From positions 1-50,942 of the IMG/VR virus record IMGVR_UViG_3300007509_000009: DNA of 50,942 nt. One strand, given 5' to 3'. Positions 17,201-25,308 of this stretch are shown piece by piece; within the stretch, counting starts at the first letter, position 1; each line of letters starts with the position of its first letter. The position numbers and the translations under genes are program-made. The notes below the pieces were generated by a model. It was not told the DNA's origin. It was given only the letters and a program-made list of their open reading frames with translations, and did not search any database. This DNA is from a virus. Lineage: Duplodnaviria; Caudoviricetes.

Positions 17201-18568
17201 CTACCTCCTGCCACCAACGGATCGTCGTACTTGTGGTCGGGACTGTACCACCTTCGGTTTTGCTGCGGTAGTCTTCTTCCGAGCCACGGCGGGAAACAGC
17301 TCTGTTAGCGCCCAAACCATCGCGTCCAGCCTGTCCGGGGACTTGTCGCCCTCGTAGCCAGACATAGTCATCGCACACATCTGCTCCTCCAGGAAGGGAA
17401 ACATCCCCGCGTGCCACACCTTCTGGGACTCGTAAAGCGCCGCGATAGGCTCTGCCCTGACCACCTTGCCTCGGGTGGCGGTGACCTTCTTGAAGGGGAT
17501 GTCGGGACCGTTCATGCCGGAACGGGTCGCCCGTATGACCATTCCGACCATGTCCCCGCCGTAGTTGGTCTCACCCACCACCATGTCGGCATTGTGCCTA
17601 TCGAAGGCCTCACACACAGCCTTGCCCCACTGCTCCGGTGCCGCCTTGAAGGTCAAATCCTCCAGGATGTAGGCCATGCCATCGATGCCCAGGCCGGCAA
17701 CCACGATGCCAATCTCGTCACTGCGCTCGTCTTCCGCACCGGACGCCCCGGACGGGTCCACACCGATAACAATGCGCTGCATGTCGGGCAGCTGTTCCGG
17801 CGCTCGCTGCTGGTCCAACAGCTCCTCGGGCCAGAGTACGCCCTCGCCAATATCGCCGAACGCACCCTCATAGAACCGTTTGCGCTCTCTGGTGCTCAGC
17901 TGCAGGAGCACATTCTCTATGTAGTCGTCGGCCAGGTTCTCCTGGTTGTCCGTGGGGTTCATCTGAAAGCAGTTGAAGTCCTCGGGGCGTGCGTACTGCT
18001 GCCTCGTATCGGGGTTCAGCCGCTCAACGAACACCCGGTAGGTCCAGTGGCTCTTGGACGGCGGGTTGCAGTCGTAGTAGACGCGTAAACGCAGCTGGCC
18101 ACCCAGCTGAGTATCCACTCGCTGGGCAAGACGGGTGAGTGACAAGTTTCTGGACGCCCAGGGGATCTGTGAGCACTCGTTCAGGAAGATGCTGGCGTAC
18201 TCCTGTCCGAGGATTTTCTCAGTGCGATCTTTGTCGTCCAGGCCGGAGAACCAGACCTCAGAGCCGCCCGGCATCTTCGCGAAAAAATCGGTGCGGTCCA
18301 GTTGATAGCTAACGTCCGGGAAGCACAGCTTCATCATCTTCGGCCAGGTGTCGGCGATGATAGAGGTCTTGATCGCGTTGAACCGATAGCGAAAGACCGC
18401 ATGCCGGCTACCAGGCGCTGCCAGGGCCCGAGTAGCGATGGCCCTGCAGATCACGAACGTCTTCCCAGAGCGGGAGCCGCCATAGAGCATGGAGTGCAGG
18501 GCGTCACCGCCCAGCATGTTGTTGGCCTTGACCTGGGCCTGCGTTAGGTGGAAAGCCTGCGCCGCCAT
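17201..18568 (-). CDS. terL: Terminase large subunit, 455 aa
   Basis: Walker A GGSRSGKT, Walker B variant IFLNECSQ, DCNP coupling motif, nuclease IGVDPS and SPDRLDA. Confidence 0.95.
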   Translation of the reverse strand: MAAQAFHLTQAQVKANNMLGGDALHSMLYGGSRSGKTFVICRAIATRALAAPGSRHAVFRYRFNAIKTSIIADTWPKMMKLCFPDVSYQLDRTDFFAKMPGGSEVWFSGLDDKDRTEKILGQEYASIFLNECSQIPWASRNLSLTRLAQRVDTQLGGQLRLRVYYDCNPPSKSHWTYRVFVERLNPDTRQQYARPEDFNCFQMNPTDNQENLADDYIENVLLQLSTRERKRFYEGAFGDIGEGVLWPEELLDQQRAPEQLPDMQRIVIGVDPSGASGAEDERSDEIGIVVAGLGIDGMAYILEDLTFKAAPEQWGKAVCEAFDRHNADMVVGETNYGGDMVGMVIRATRSGMNGPDIPFKKVTATRGKVVRAEPIAALYESQKVWHAGMFPFLEEQMCAMTMSGYEGDKSPDRLDAMVWALTELFPAVARKKTTAAKPKVVQSRPQVRRSVGGRR

Positions 18569-18759
18569 GTTCGCCTGTTAATCACGTCCGCCACGCGTGT
18601 GCAGCTCCAGTCGGAGTAGACCGCCACAGAATGTGTGTCGATGCGGCAGCGCACCGCAGTGCCTGACGACTTCTGGAGTGGCTGGCCCTCCACTTTGGTC
18701 ACTCTCGCCACAGAGCTGGGGTCCAGCCACAGGTCAGTCCCGACCTTGACCAGCCTCAC
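18544..18759 (-). CDS. Small beta-rich hypothetical protein, paralogue of 18756-18968, 71 aa
   Basis: GTGA coupling; shared pattern with its neighbour. Confidence 0.6.
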   Translation of the reverse strand: MRLVKVGTDLWLDPSSVARVTKVEGQPLQKSSGTAVRCRIDTHSVAVYSDWSCTRVADVINRRTWRRRLST

Positions 18760-18968
18760 AGACCTTCCCTTTCGTTCAGGGCCGCCTCGACAGCAACCAT
18801 CACACGCTTCGGGGTCCAATTCGACTCCACCTGAGTACCGTGGGTCGTTTCGACCACACAGCGGATAGCCCGCCCATCAGGGCCCGTGCCGTCCGTGCGG
18901 CGAGCCGAAAAGAAGGTGTTCGCGTCAAAGTAGGTCTCGGTGTCGATTTTTGCGGGTACGGGTCTCAA
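18756..18968 (-). CDS. Small beta-rich hypothetical protein, 70 aa
   Basis: AGGAGG RBS before TTG; coupled to the next gene. Confidence 0.6.
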   Translation of the reverse strand: MRPVPAKIDTETYFDANTFFSARRTDGTGPDGRAIRCVVETTHGTQVESNWTPKRVMVAVEAALNEREGL

Positions 18969-18969
18969 T

Positions 18970-19311
18970 CTGGGCCTCCTGCTGCCGGTTTATTGCCACA
19001 TGTTCTCCCAGGCCCATGATGATCTCAACCATCGTAGATAGGTTTTGCCTATCGACTTGATGTCTTGCGATTGCTTTTATTTATGCTTCCCTACCCATCT
19101 CAGGGACGCGTTCCTGTAAAGCCAACCGGTGATTGCAGGCCCGGCGCTTGGCAGGGTCACGCTCATAGCATCCTTCCTCAAACCCCCTGGCGCAAATGAT
19201 GCAGAACGGCTTCAGGCCGTCGAAGGTGGTGCTGTCCGAGAAAAACTCAGATCGTCGCTTGGTGACCTCGCAGGTTTGGCAGAGCTTCATCTGCTCCACA
19301 GGGAGGTTCAC
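18970..19311 (-). pseudogene. Probable decayed HNH endonuclease (Zn-finger N-terminus retained as a 76-aa ORF)
   Basis: KLCQTCEVTK..SEF...DGLKPFCIIC...RVPEMGREA*IKAI: in-frame TAA at 19081-19083, no recognisable HNH motif after it. Confidence 0.45.
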
Positions 19312-19409
19312 AGCGTCCGCAGCACCTGTATCGTCAGGTACGAGATGGCCGTGCCGACGACCAGCGCAATGAGTGTGGCGCTCGCGGCTCTCTCCAGCAG
19401 ATTCATCAT
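19308..19409 (-). CDS. Single-TM micropeptide, 33 aa
   Basis: MMNLLERAASATLIALVVGTAISYLTIQVLRTL; ATGA and GTGA overlaps on both sides. Confidence 0.55.
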   Translation of the reverse strand: MMNLLERAASATLIALVVGTAISYLTIQVLRTL

Positions 19410-19594
19410 GCTGTTGTCACCAAGACGGTGTCGAATCTGTCCTGGTTATCCACATGTCGCCCACGGCGCAGCTGTCTCAGCTGTTCTGGGCTCACCACCA
19501 CGCGGTGCGGTGGCTGCCCCTTTGCCAAGGAATAGTAGGCGATGAAGCCCCGCACGAGGGCGGGCGCATCGTCTCTCCTACTTGCTTCTGCCAT
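19406..19594 (-). CDS. Hypothetical protein, up to 62 aa
   Basis: Fills the operon, stop coupled to the next ATG; start uncertain. Confidence 0.45.
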   Translation of the reverse strand: MAEASRRDDAPALVRGFIAYYSLAKGQPPHRVVVSPEQLRQLRRGRHVDNQDRFDTVLVTTA

Positions 19595-19682
19595 ATCGTT
19601 TTTTTCTCTTGCTGGCTTGTGACGTGCCTCGCCGGATGGCCTTGTGAGCGCGGTTGGCGCGGCGTCCCTGATACTGGGTCAT
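19578..19682 (-). CDS. Possible highly basic 34-aa peptide
   Basis: MTQYQGRRANRAHKAIRRGTSQASKRKKRYGRSK fills the gap between genes; weak RBS. Confidence 0.35.
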   Translation of the reverse strand: MTQYQGRRANRAHKAIRRGTSQASKRKKRYGRSK

Positions 19683-19689
19683 AGGTGCA

Positions 19690-20019
19690 TTATCCATACT
19701 GCTCTTTCATCTCCATGATCGTGCTCATAGGGTTGGCCCGGTCCTCCTCCTGCAGGGCCTCGTGCATCATTCCCTCAGCCGTGGCCGTGACGCAGTTGAT
19801 CAGCGTGCCAGCCGTCAGCCCCTCGAACCCCAGGTCAACATGCTGCGTTTTCCCCTTCCCGGACACTTGGCAGTACAAAGTCCGAAGCGTCCGGTTCGCG
19901 TGATAGGTCAGGACAAACCCCGGCCACTTCTCGGAGAGCGCATCCTGCGCCCCGTCAACCGCCGACTGAATCCGAGTCGGCGATCCCCTCACCGGAGCGT
20001 TGTTCTCCTTTTGAGTCAC
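19690..20019 (-). CDS. Hypothetical protein, 109 aa
   Basis: GTG start overlaps the TerS stop (GTGA). Confidence 0.6.
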   Translation of the reverse strand: MTQKENNAPVRGSPTRIQSAVDGAQDALSEKWPGFVLTYHANRTLRTLYCQVSGKGKTQHVDLGFEGLTAGTLINCVTATAEGMMHEALQEEDRANPMSTIMEMKEQYG

Positions 20020-20375
20020 AGCAGTTTGGCGTCCGAGTCGTCCAGCTTCACAGTCACCGGCTCTCCGCCGGCACCAGTCAGCTCGCGGCGGTCGGAGTAG
20101 CCAGCGTGGTTCTTGAGCCAGAACAACGGTCCCGTGACATTGGACCCGTACAGCAAGCGCCGCTCGACCACGGTCTCGATCCGCAGCCGGGCCCTCTCTA
20201 TGACCTCGGCGAATCCCTCCGCCCCAGCGTAGGAGTACCACGCCGTCTTCGCCACGCCGCAGAACAGAATCAACGAGCCAATCGTCGGTTGCTCGTTGTC
20301 TTCGTCCTCGAAGAACTCGTCGATTCGAGCCTCCAGGATCTCAGGTGATTGAAAATATTGGGCTTTTTTTGGCAT
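20016..20375 (-). CDS. terS: Terminase small subunit (P22 gp3-like DNA packaging protein), 119 aa
   Basis: FQSPEIL...IDEFF...PTIGSL...WYSY...FAEVIERAR..IE...FWLKN..GYSDRRE pattern. Confidence 0.85.
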   Translation of the reverse strand: MPKKAQYFQSPEILEARIDEFFEDEDNEQPTIGSLILFCGVAKTAWYSYAGAEGFAEVIERARLRIETVVERRLLYGSNVTGPLFWLKNHAGYSDRRELTGAGGEPVTVKLDDSDAKLL

Positions 20376-20394
20376 TACCTGAACGCGTTCCTGA

Positions 20395-20426
20395 GTGTTG
20401 ACTTTGGGGAACGGGTGTGGGACAAT
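20395..20426 (+). promoter_or_regulatory. Early promoter P1 with overlapping operator-like motif
   Basis: TTGACT-17-GACAAT with extended TG; GTGTT-N4-TT-N4-AAC at 20395-20412. Confidence 0.7.
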
Positions 20427-20453
20427 TCTATCTGCCGGGGCAATCCCGCGCAA
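20425..20453 (-). promoter_or_regulatory. Leftward (packaging/late) promoter overlapping P1
   Basis: TTGCGC-17-TAGAAT on the minus strand, about 50 nt upstream of terS. Confidence 0.6.
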
Positions 20454-20476
20454 GTACAACCTCTACGGAGATGATC

Positions 20477-20608
20477 ATGACCGATACCCGCCTCTTCCGC
20501 ACCATCGCATTCCGATCCAAGCAAGGCCTCGTCAAGGTCTTCTGGGGATTCAACCATCACCGCCGGGCCGCTGAATGGGCCGCCCTGCCTGCTTTAGAGG
20601 GGTGTTGA
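20477..20608 (+). CDS. Small early protein, 43 aa
   Basis: GGAG RBS 6 nt before the ATG, downstream of P1. Confidence 0.55.
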   Translation: MTDTRLFRTIAFRSKQGLVKVFWGFNHHRRAAEWAALPALEGC

Positions 20609-20633
20609 CTTTTTTTAACGCTTCCCTCATACT
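20602..20633 (+). promoter_or_regulatory. Early promoter P2 with operator-like motif
   Basis: TTGACT-17-CATACT; motif at 20602-20619. Confidence 0.78.
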
Positions 20634-20669
20634 TCCTCCTGAGCCCGCAAAACAAACCAAGGAAACACA

Positions 20670-20891
20670 ATGGAAATTTTTACTAACACAGATCGCACGT
20701 ATGCCACTTACGCTCGGGCAAAGAAAAGGGCGCTCGCGCTTGAAGAGCGCCACCTCGCAATCAACGGTGAGGTGATTGGTGCGCCGCCCCGATTTGTTAT
20801 TGCAACTAACGAAGCAGGTCGGTTCTACCCGGTGTTCATCGGCCTCAGCACGGTTGATTTGATACACGCTGGCGCGTGCGTGGCCAATTAA
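20670..20891 (+). CDS. Small early protein, 73 aa
   Basis: AAGGA RBS; first gene after P2. Confidence 0.75.
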   Translation: MEIFTNTDRTYATYARAKKRALALEERHLAINGEVIGAPPRFVIATNEAGRFYPVFIGLSTVDLIHAGACVAN

Positions 20892-20915
20892 AGTAGGGAC
20901 ACGGGAGAACCAGAA

Positions 20916-21092
20916 ATGAAAAAGCGCGATTTGTTGACGCACGTTGGGCTGGAGGTTCTATCGAATCACGGCTACAGCATGGAAGAGTCGGTAGCCTACC
21001 TTGAGGAGCTGCGGCGCTTGCCGAAAGCTGAAATCTCGGCAGAGTGGCGACGACTGCGCTCATGCCGGCCATTACCGAAAGGGAGGCAGTGA
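20916..21092 (+). CDS. Small early protein, 58 aa (not in ORF track)
   Basis: GGAG RBS; MKKRDLLTHVGLEVLSNHGYSMEESVAYLEELRRLPKAE... Confidence 0.65.
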   Translation: MKKRDLLTHVGLEVLSNHGYSMEESVAYLEELRRLPKAEISAEWRRLRSCRPLPKGRQ

Positions 21093-21096
21093 GCGC

Positions 21097-21528
21097 ATGA
21101 GCCGCCGAGTAGACCCTCAGATTTCCTCGGGAGCCATGAGCGCCCAACCCTGCTGCGGCCCGGCCTCTATCTCGTTGGCGTGCGGCATTCCGCTCGGGGA
21201 AGCGATGCTCGCCGTGCAGGTGGCGGGCGGGTACGTGTCCCCACGGTGGCGGGGGGCCGTGAAGGCAGTCGCCCACCTGGAGACGGCGATCAAAGCCGTA
21301 GGCTGGTCCAGCAAGCGCATAACGGACGGGCGCGGCGTCACACTCAGGTGCTGGGTGGACGAGTTCTCTCGCCCCAGCGGGGTGTACATCGTCCGCACCG
21401 GGAACCACTTCCAGGCTGTAGTGAGGCAGGTTGTCAGCGACCAGCAGCAGCAGCTGAGGCACGCCGACGACTTCTGGGGAGCGCGCAAACGCGTAACCCA
21501 CATTTTAGAACTGAAGGAGAAGGCATAA
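21097..21528 (+). CDS. Putative papain-fold (C39-like) peptidase, 143 aa
   Basis: CCGPASISLACG nucleophile motif and YIVRTGNHFQAV...D. Confidence 0.55.
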   Translation: MSRRVDPQISSGAMSAQPCCGPASISLACGIPLGEAMLAVQVAGGYVSPRWRGAVKAVAHLETAIKAVGWSSKRITDGRGVTLRCWVDEFSRPSGVYIVRTGNHFQAVVRQVVSDQQQQLRHADDFWGARKRVTHILELKEKA

Positions 21529-21743
21529 TGGATAACATAGACATCAAGCACGCGCAGTGGATCGTCGAGCGCACAAAACAGCAACTGCAGGATGCGCGTC
21601 TCGCCTTGCGTCTTATCCAGGTCGGGAAAGATCTGTCCACTGCTTCCTCCCTGCTCGAAAGAACCGCACGTAAGGCGAGCGAGGTCGCGAGGAATGCGGA
21701 ACATCTCGCGGGAGAGACCGAAAGGGAGGTAGTGAGCGCATGA
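21528..21743 (+). CDS. Small helical early protein, 71 aa
   Basis: TAATG coupling, GGAG RBS. Confidence 0.7.
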   Translation: MDNIDIKHAQWIVERTKQQLQDARLALRLIQVGKDLSTASSLLERTARKASEVARNAEHLAGETEREVVSA

Positions 21744-21768
21744 GCAGACCGAAACGATGGAGGGACTA

Positions 21769-22044
21769 ATGGACAACTACCGAGCGGTCGCACTGGCCGA
21801 AGGCTTCGAGGAAGACGTCTCCGAGGAGGAGTACATCGCCGGCTACCAGGAGCTGATCAATAGCGGAGTCGCCTGGCGTCTCGAAGGATCTGTCGGTCGC
21901 GCTGCGATGGACATGATCGAGGCCGGCAAGTGCATGCTTGGTGAGGAGGGCCACCGTGACTACTGGGGCAACTACGTCCCCTCCCGTCACGAGGTCCTCG
22001 CCGGAACCAAGGGCTCCCCCGAATACGTTCAGGAGAGATCATGA
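21769..22044 (+). CDS. Conserved-type phage early protein, 91 aa
   Basis: YQELINSGVAWRLEGSVGRAAMDMIEAG motif; GGAGG RBS. Confidence 0.75.
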   Translation: MDNYRAVALAEGFEEDVSEEEYIAGYQELINSGVAWRLEGSVGRAAMDMIEAGKCMLGEEGHRDYWGNYVPSRHEVLAGTKGSPEYVQERS

Positions 22045-22205
22045 ACAAGCCTGACGACGGGGACAGAGTAATCGTTGTCCTGGTGGATGACAAGGAACAC
22101 CACGGGACCGTGGACTGGGTCGGTGCGGCCCAGTTCGCGGTGGAGCTTGACGATGGATGGCCGCGTCAGCTGATCCTATTCACCGAAGCCTGGAGGCCGG
22201 AATGA
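22041..22205 (+). CDS. Small SH3-like beta protein, 54 aa (not in ORF track)
   Basis: ATGA coupling, AGGAG RBS; GDRVIVV...GTV...AVELDDG. Confidence 0.65.
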   Translation: MNKPDDGDRVIVVLVDDKEHHGTVDWVGAAQFAVELDDGWPRQLILFTEAWRPE

Positions 22206-22439
22206 CAACATTAGAAGAGTGGGGGCAGTCAATAGGGTTAGTTGCCCCCCCTTCTTAAACAGCGGGCTTCTTTTAGCCCAGCGGGTGGAGGCGCACATAT
22301 CGCCCGCAGCAGGAGGCTCTCAGGCGTGGCAGGCAGCTCTAAGTGCCCCCGGCCTTGGTTCCTTCCGAGCGCGATCTCGGTTGAGCTGATCCTGCCGGCT
22401 GGCCCACGTCACGGGCCCCTCTTCTTGAGGGTTTGAGGG

Positions 22440-22471
22440 GTGTTGACTTTTCCTAACACTTCTTTCATACT
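22440..22471 (+). promoter_or_regulatory. Early promoter P3 with operator-like motif
   Basis: TTGACT-17-CATACT; full dyad GTGTT-N10-AACAC. Confidence 0.8.
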
Positions 22472-22496
22472 TCCTCTCGAACCAGCGGAGAACAAC

Positions 22497-22748
22497 ATGA
22501 CCAACTACACGGGAGTCCAGACCGAGATCATCCAGGAGCATCGGACTGCCAATCACCGCTGCATCGTGATGGAGGCCCCGCTGCGAACGAAGCACGAGCA
22601 CTGGATCGTCGCCATCGAGCGCCTGGACAAGCCTGGGGGCCCCGGCCTGAACTGGGTCCGGGTGTCTGACCGCGAGTTTGAAACTCGGAGTGAGGCCATC
22701 GACCACTACGCCAAGTTAACCCTTGGACTCTTTTACACGCACTTCTAA
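22497..22748 (+). CDS. Small early protein, 83 aa
   Basis: GGAG RBS after P3. Confidence 0.7.
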   Translation: MTNYTGVQTEIIQEHRTANHRCIVMEAPLRTKHEHWIVAIERLDKPGGPGLNWVRVSDREFETRSEAIDHYAKLTLGLFYTHF

Positions 22749-22794
22749 CGAACAACCAGCAACGGGGCCTTCGGGCCCCTAGGGACAAACCAGC

Positions 22795-23394
22795 ATGAAA
22801 GACCTGATTGACTTCCTCCAAAAGGCTGCCGACAAGTCCAGCTTCGCGGCCAGCCTATCCAACTTCTACGCCCGAAAGGGCTACCTGACCGAGAAGCAGA
22901 TCGCTGCCGCCGAGAAGATGAAGGCCAAGTGGGAGGCCCCGCGCAAGGCTGACGCCAACGTGGCGGGCAACGGGCTGGTCGCGCTGCAAAGCGCCTTCGC
23001 CAACGCCAAGGCCTCCGGCCTCAAGCGCCCCAAGCTGAGGATCTCGGACGTGGCCTTTTCCCTGGCCCCGGATCACGGGCGCAACGCCGGCCACATCTAC
23101 GTGAAGCTGACCGGAGCGATGGGAGCCGAGTACGGCGAGTACCAGGGCAAGATCAGCCCCGAGGGCGACTTCTTCAAGGTACGCAACGCCTACAGCCTCA
23201 TCGAGGACGTGGTTAAGGGCTTCGGGTCTGACCCCCTGGCTGCGGCCATCGTCCACGGCAAAGAGTCCGGTGAGTGCGCTTGTTGCGGGCGCGAGCTGAC
23301 TGACCCCAGCAGCATTGTGAAAGGCATCGGCCCAGTGTGTGAGAAACGCTGGTTCCCGGATGGATCAATCGACAAGGCCGCTTCGGCGGCCTAG
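22795..23394 (+). CDS. DUF6011-like Zn-ribbon protein, 199 aa
   Basis: KGYLTEKQ N-terminal motif; C-terminal CACCGRELTDPSSIVKGIGPVC. Confidence 0.8.
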   Translation: MKDLIDFLQKAADKSSFAASLSNFYARKGYLTEKQIAAAEKMKAKWEAPRKADANVAGNGLVALQSAFANAKASGLKRPKLRISDVAFSLAPDHGRNAGHIYVKLTGAMGAEYGEYQGKISPEGDFFKVRNAYSLIEDVVKGFGSDPLAAAIVHGKESGECACCGRELTDPSSIVKGIGPVCEKRWFPDGSIDKAASAA

Positions 23395-23405
23395 GGAGAC
23401 AAGAG

Positions 23406-23654
23406 ATGAGTAATTTACCGGACAGTGTGAACGCGGGTGATCCGGACGCCCCTTGGAACGCGCCAGACATCAATGATAAGTGGCGCTGGTTCCAGGTGAG
23501 CGTGGAGTTGGACGTGTTCACGCAAACCGAGGATGACGTCCGAGACATAATTGAAGGCCTCACCAAGCTGGGGACACCCAAATGGTCCTACGACCAGAAG
23601 AAACTCTGCATCAGTGTGGACGATGTGAAAATTTCATCAGAGGAGGAGTTGTGA
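23406..23654 (+). CDS. Hypothetical protein, 82 aa
   Basis: GGAG RBS; DPDAPWN motif. Confidence 0.65.
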   Translation: MSNLPDSVNAGDPDAPWNAPDINDKWRWFQVSVELDVFTQTEDDVRDIIEGLTKLGTPKWSYDQKKLCISVDDVKISSEEEL

Positions 23655-24106
23655 TTCAGACTCAAGATGCCGTGGCGTTTGCCTCGATGGCACACGCGGG
23701 GCAGGTGCGGAAGTACACTGGCGACCCCTACATCGTTCACCCCATTGCGGTGGCGAAAGCGGTCCAGGAACTGGGGGGTGACGACGCCATGGTGGAGGCA
23801 GCCCTGCTGCACGACGTTGTCGAGGATACCGACATCGAGCCCATCGACGTCACGCTGGCGTTCGGTGAGGACGTTAGCATCCTGGTGGTGGAGCTGACCA
23901 ATATCTTCACCAAGGAGCGGTTCCCGCAACTGAGCCGGGCCGAGAGGAAAGCCAGGGAGTGCGACAGGCTCTCCAGGATCTCCGACCGGGCCAAGCTGAT
24001 CAAGCGATGCGACATCGCCCACAACGCCGGCTCGATAATAGCGCATGACCCACAGTTTGCCACAGTCTGGTTGCCCGAGGCAGCCGCTCTGATGGAGGTG
24101 CTGTAG
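23651..24106 (+). CDS. HD-domain hydrolase, SpoT/small alarmone hydrolase-like, about 151 aa
   Basis: AHAGQVRKYTGDPYIVHPIAVA, AALLHDVVEDT, VVELT and AKLIKRCDIAHN motifs; GTGA overlap, GGAGG RBS. Confidence 0.85.
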   Translation: MIQTQDAVAFASMAHAGQVRKYTGDPYIVHPIAVAKAVQELGGDDAMVEAALLHDVVEDTDIEPIDVTLAFGEDVSILVVELTNIFTKERFPQLSRAERKARECDRLSRISDRAKLIKRCDIAHNAGSIIAHDPQFATVWLPEAAALMEVL

Positions 24107-24109
24107 GGG

Positions 24110-24142
24110 GTGTTGACTTTCCCTAACGACATGTGAGAACAT
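24110..24142 (+). promoter_or_regulatory. Early promoter P4 with operator-like motif
   Basis: TTGACT -35 inside GTGTT-N4-TT-N4-AAC (24110-24127); weak -10 (GAACAT at 18 nt). Confidence 0.55.
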
Positions 24143-24193
24143 GTCCCTGTAGCCGAAGTATCGAGCTAATCCAACCTCAAACCAGGAGATGAC

Positions 24194-25300
24194 ATGACCT
24201 ATCTTTGCGAACTCCCAGCACCAGATCTGCGTAAGGCGATCCACGTCTGCATCCAGGCGCGGCGTCCGGTGATGCTTCACGGTGAGCCCGGCATCGGTAA
24301 GTCTGACAACGTGCGTCAGATTGTCGAGTCCATGCAGGGCCTCATCATCGATTTGCGGGCCAGCCAGATGGACCCGACCGATGGCAAGGGTGTCCCCTTT
24401 GTCCAAGAGGGTCGGACCCGCTGGGCCATCCCGGATTTCCTGCCAAGCCCCGAGCTGGCAGCTCAGTACCCGATTGTTGTGATCTTCCTCGACGAGCTGA
24501 ACAGTGCTCCCCTGATGGTTCAGGCGGCTCTCTACCAGCTGGTCCTGGACCGACAGCTCGGTGACTACGTCCTGCCGGATAACGTCCACATAATCGCAGC
24601 GGGCAACCTGCAGTCTGACCGGGCGGTGACCAACCGGATGTCCACCGCGCTCGCTGACCGATTCTTCCACCTGAAGCTGGGCGTTGAGAACGCGTCCTGG
24701 GAAAACTGGGCGCTGGGCTTCGAGGGTCTGGACCAGGAGAAGCTGGAGATCATCGACCCCATCGCGAGCCTCCCGCTGCACCTCGCAGTGATTGGCTACC
24801 TGAGGCTGCGTCCTGAGGACCTGCACCAGTTCGACCCGAAGTCGGGGGAACTCAGCTTCCCGACGCCACGAGGCTACCAGTACGTCAGCGACGTGCTCAA
24901 GGTCTGCGAGGCCACTGGGGTGAACGGAGCCATCGAGTCCGCCCTCCTGGCAGCCAAGCTTGGCGAGTCAGCCGGCGGAGGCCTGGCCGGATTCCTGAAC
25001 ATCTTCAGGGATGCGCCGAGCCCGCTGGAGATCCTCAAGGACCCGGCAGGGTTTGAGATTCCCGACCGGCCCGACCTGAACTGGGCTCTGTCCGGTGCGC
25101 TGGCACAGCGAGCGACCCTGGACAACTTCGCCGACATCATGGTCTACGCGAACCGAGTGGGAGCGTCGAGCAAGGCCGGCAAGGAGTACGAGGTCCTGAT
25201 GGTGGAGGGCTCGGTAGCGCGGAACCCCGAGCTTCGGGAGACCAAGGAATACTGCGACTGGGCCATCCGGTTCGGCAACGACATCATTTTTTCAGACTAG
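24194..25300 (+). CDS. MoxR-like AAA+ ATPase, 368 aa
   Basis: GEPGIGKS, IFLDELN, AAGN, ALADRF, PTPR. Confidence 0.92.
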   Translation: MTYLCELPAPDLRKAIHVCIQARRPVMLHGEPGIGKSDNVRQIVESMQGLIIDLRASQMDPTDGKGVPFVQEGRTRWAIPDFLPSPELAAQYPIVVIFLDELNSAPLMVQAALYQLVLDRQLGDYVLPDNVHIIAAGNLQSDRAVTNRMSTALADRFFHLKLGVENASWENWALGFEGLDQEKLEIIDPIASLPLHLAVIGYLRLRPEDLHQFDPKSGELSFPTPRGYQYVSDVLKVCEATGVNGAIESALLAAKLGESAGGGLAGFLNIFRDAPSPLEILKDPAGFEIPDRPDLNWALSGALAQRATLDNFADIMVYANRVGASSKAGKEYEVLMVEGSVARNPELRETKEYCDWAIRFGNDIIFSD

Positions 25301-25308
25301 GAGGAACC

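Larger units (their letters stand above)
21074..21745 (+). repeat. 29-bp direct repeat (28/29 identical) at 21074-21102 and 21717-21745
   Basis: ACCGAAAGGGAGG(C/T)AGTGAGCGCATGAGC; each copy contains an SD and a start codon. Confidence 0.9.

Noticed and set aside
19578-19610. A7 run as a frameshift joining the 34-aa basic peptide to the 62-aa ORF
   Set aside because: No supporting downstream structure or homology; may be chance or a homopolymer error
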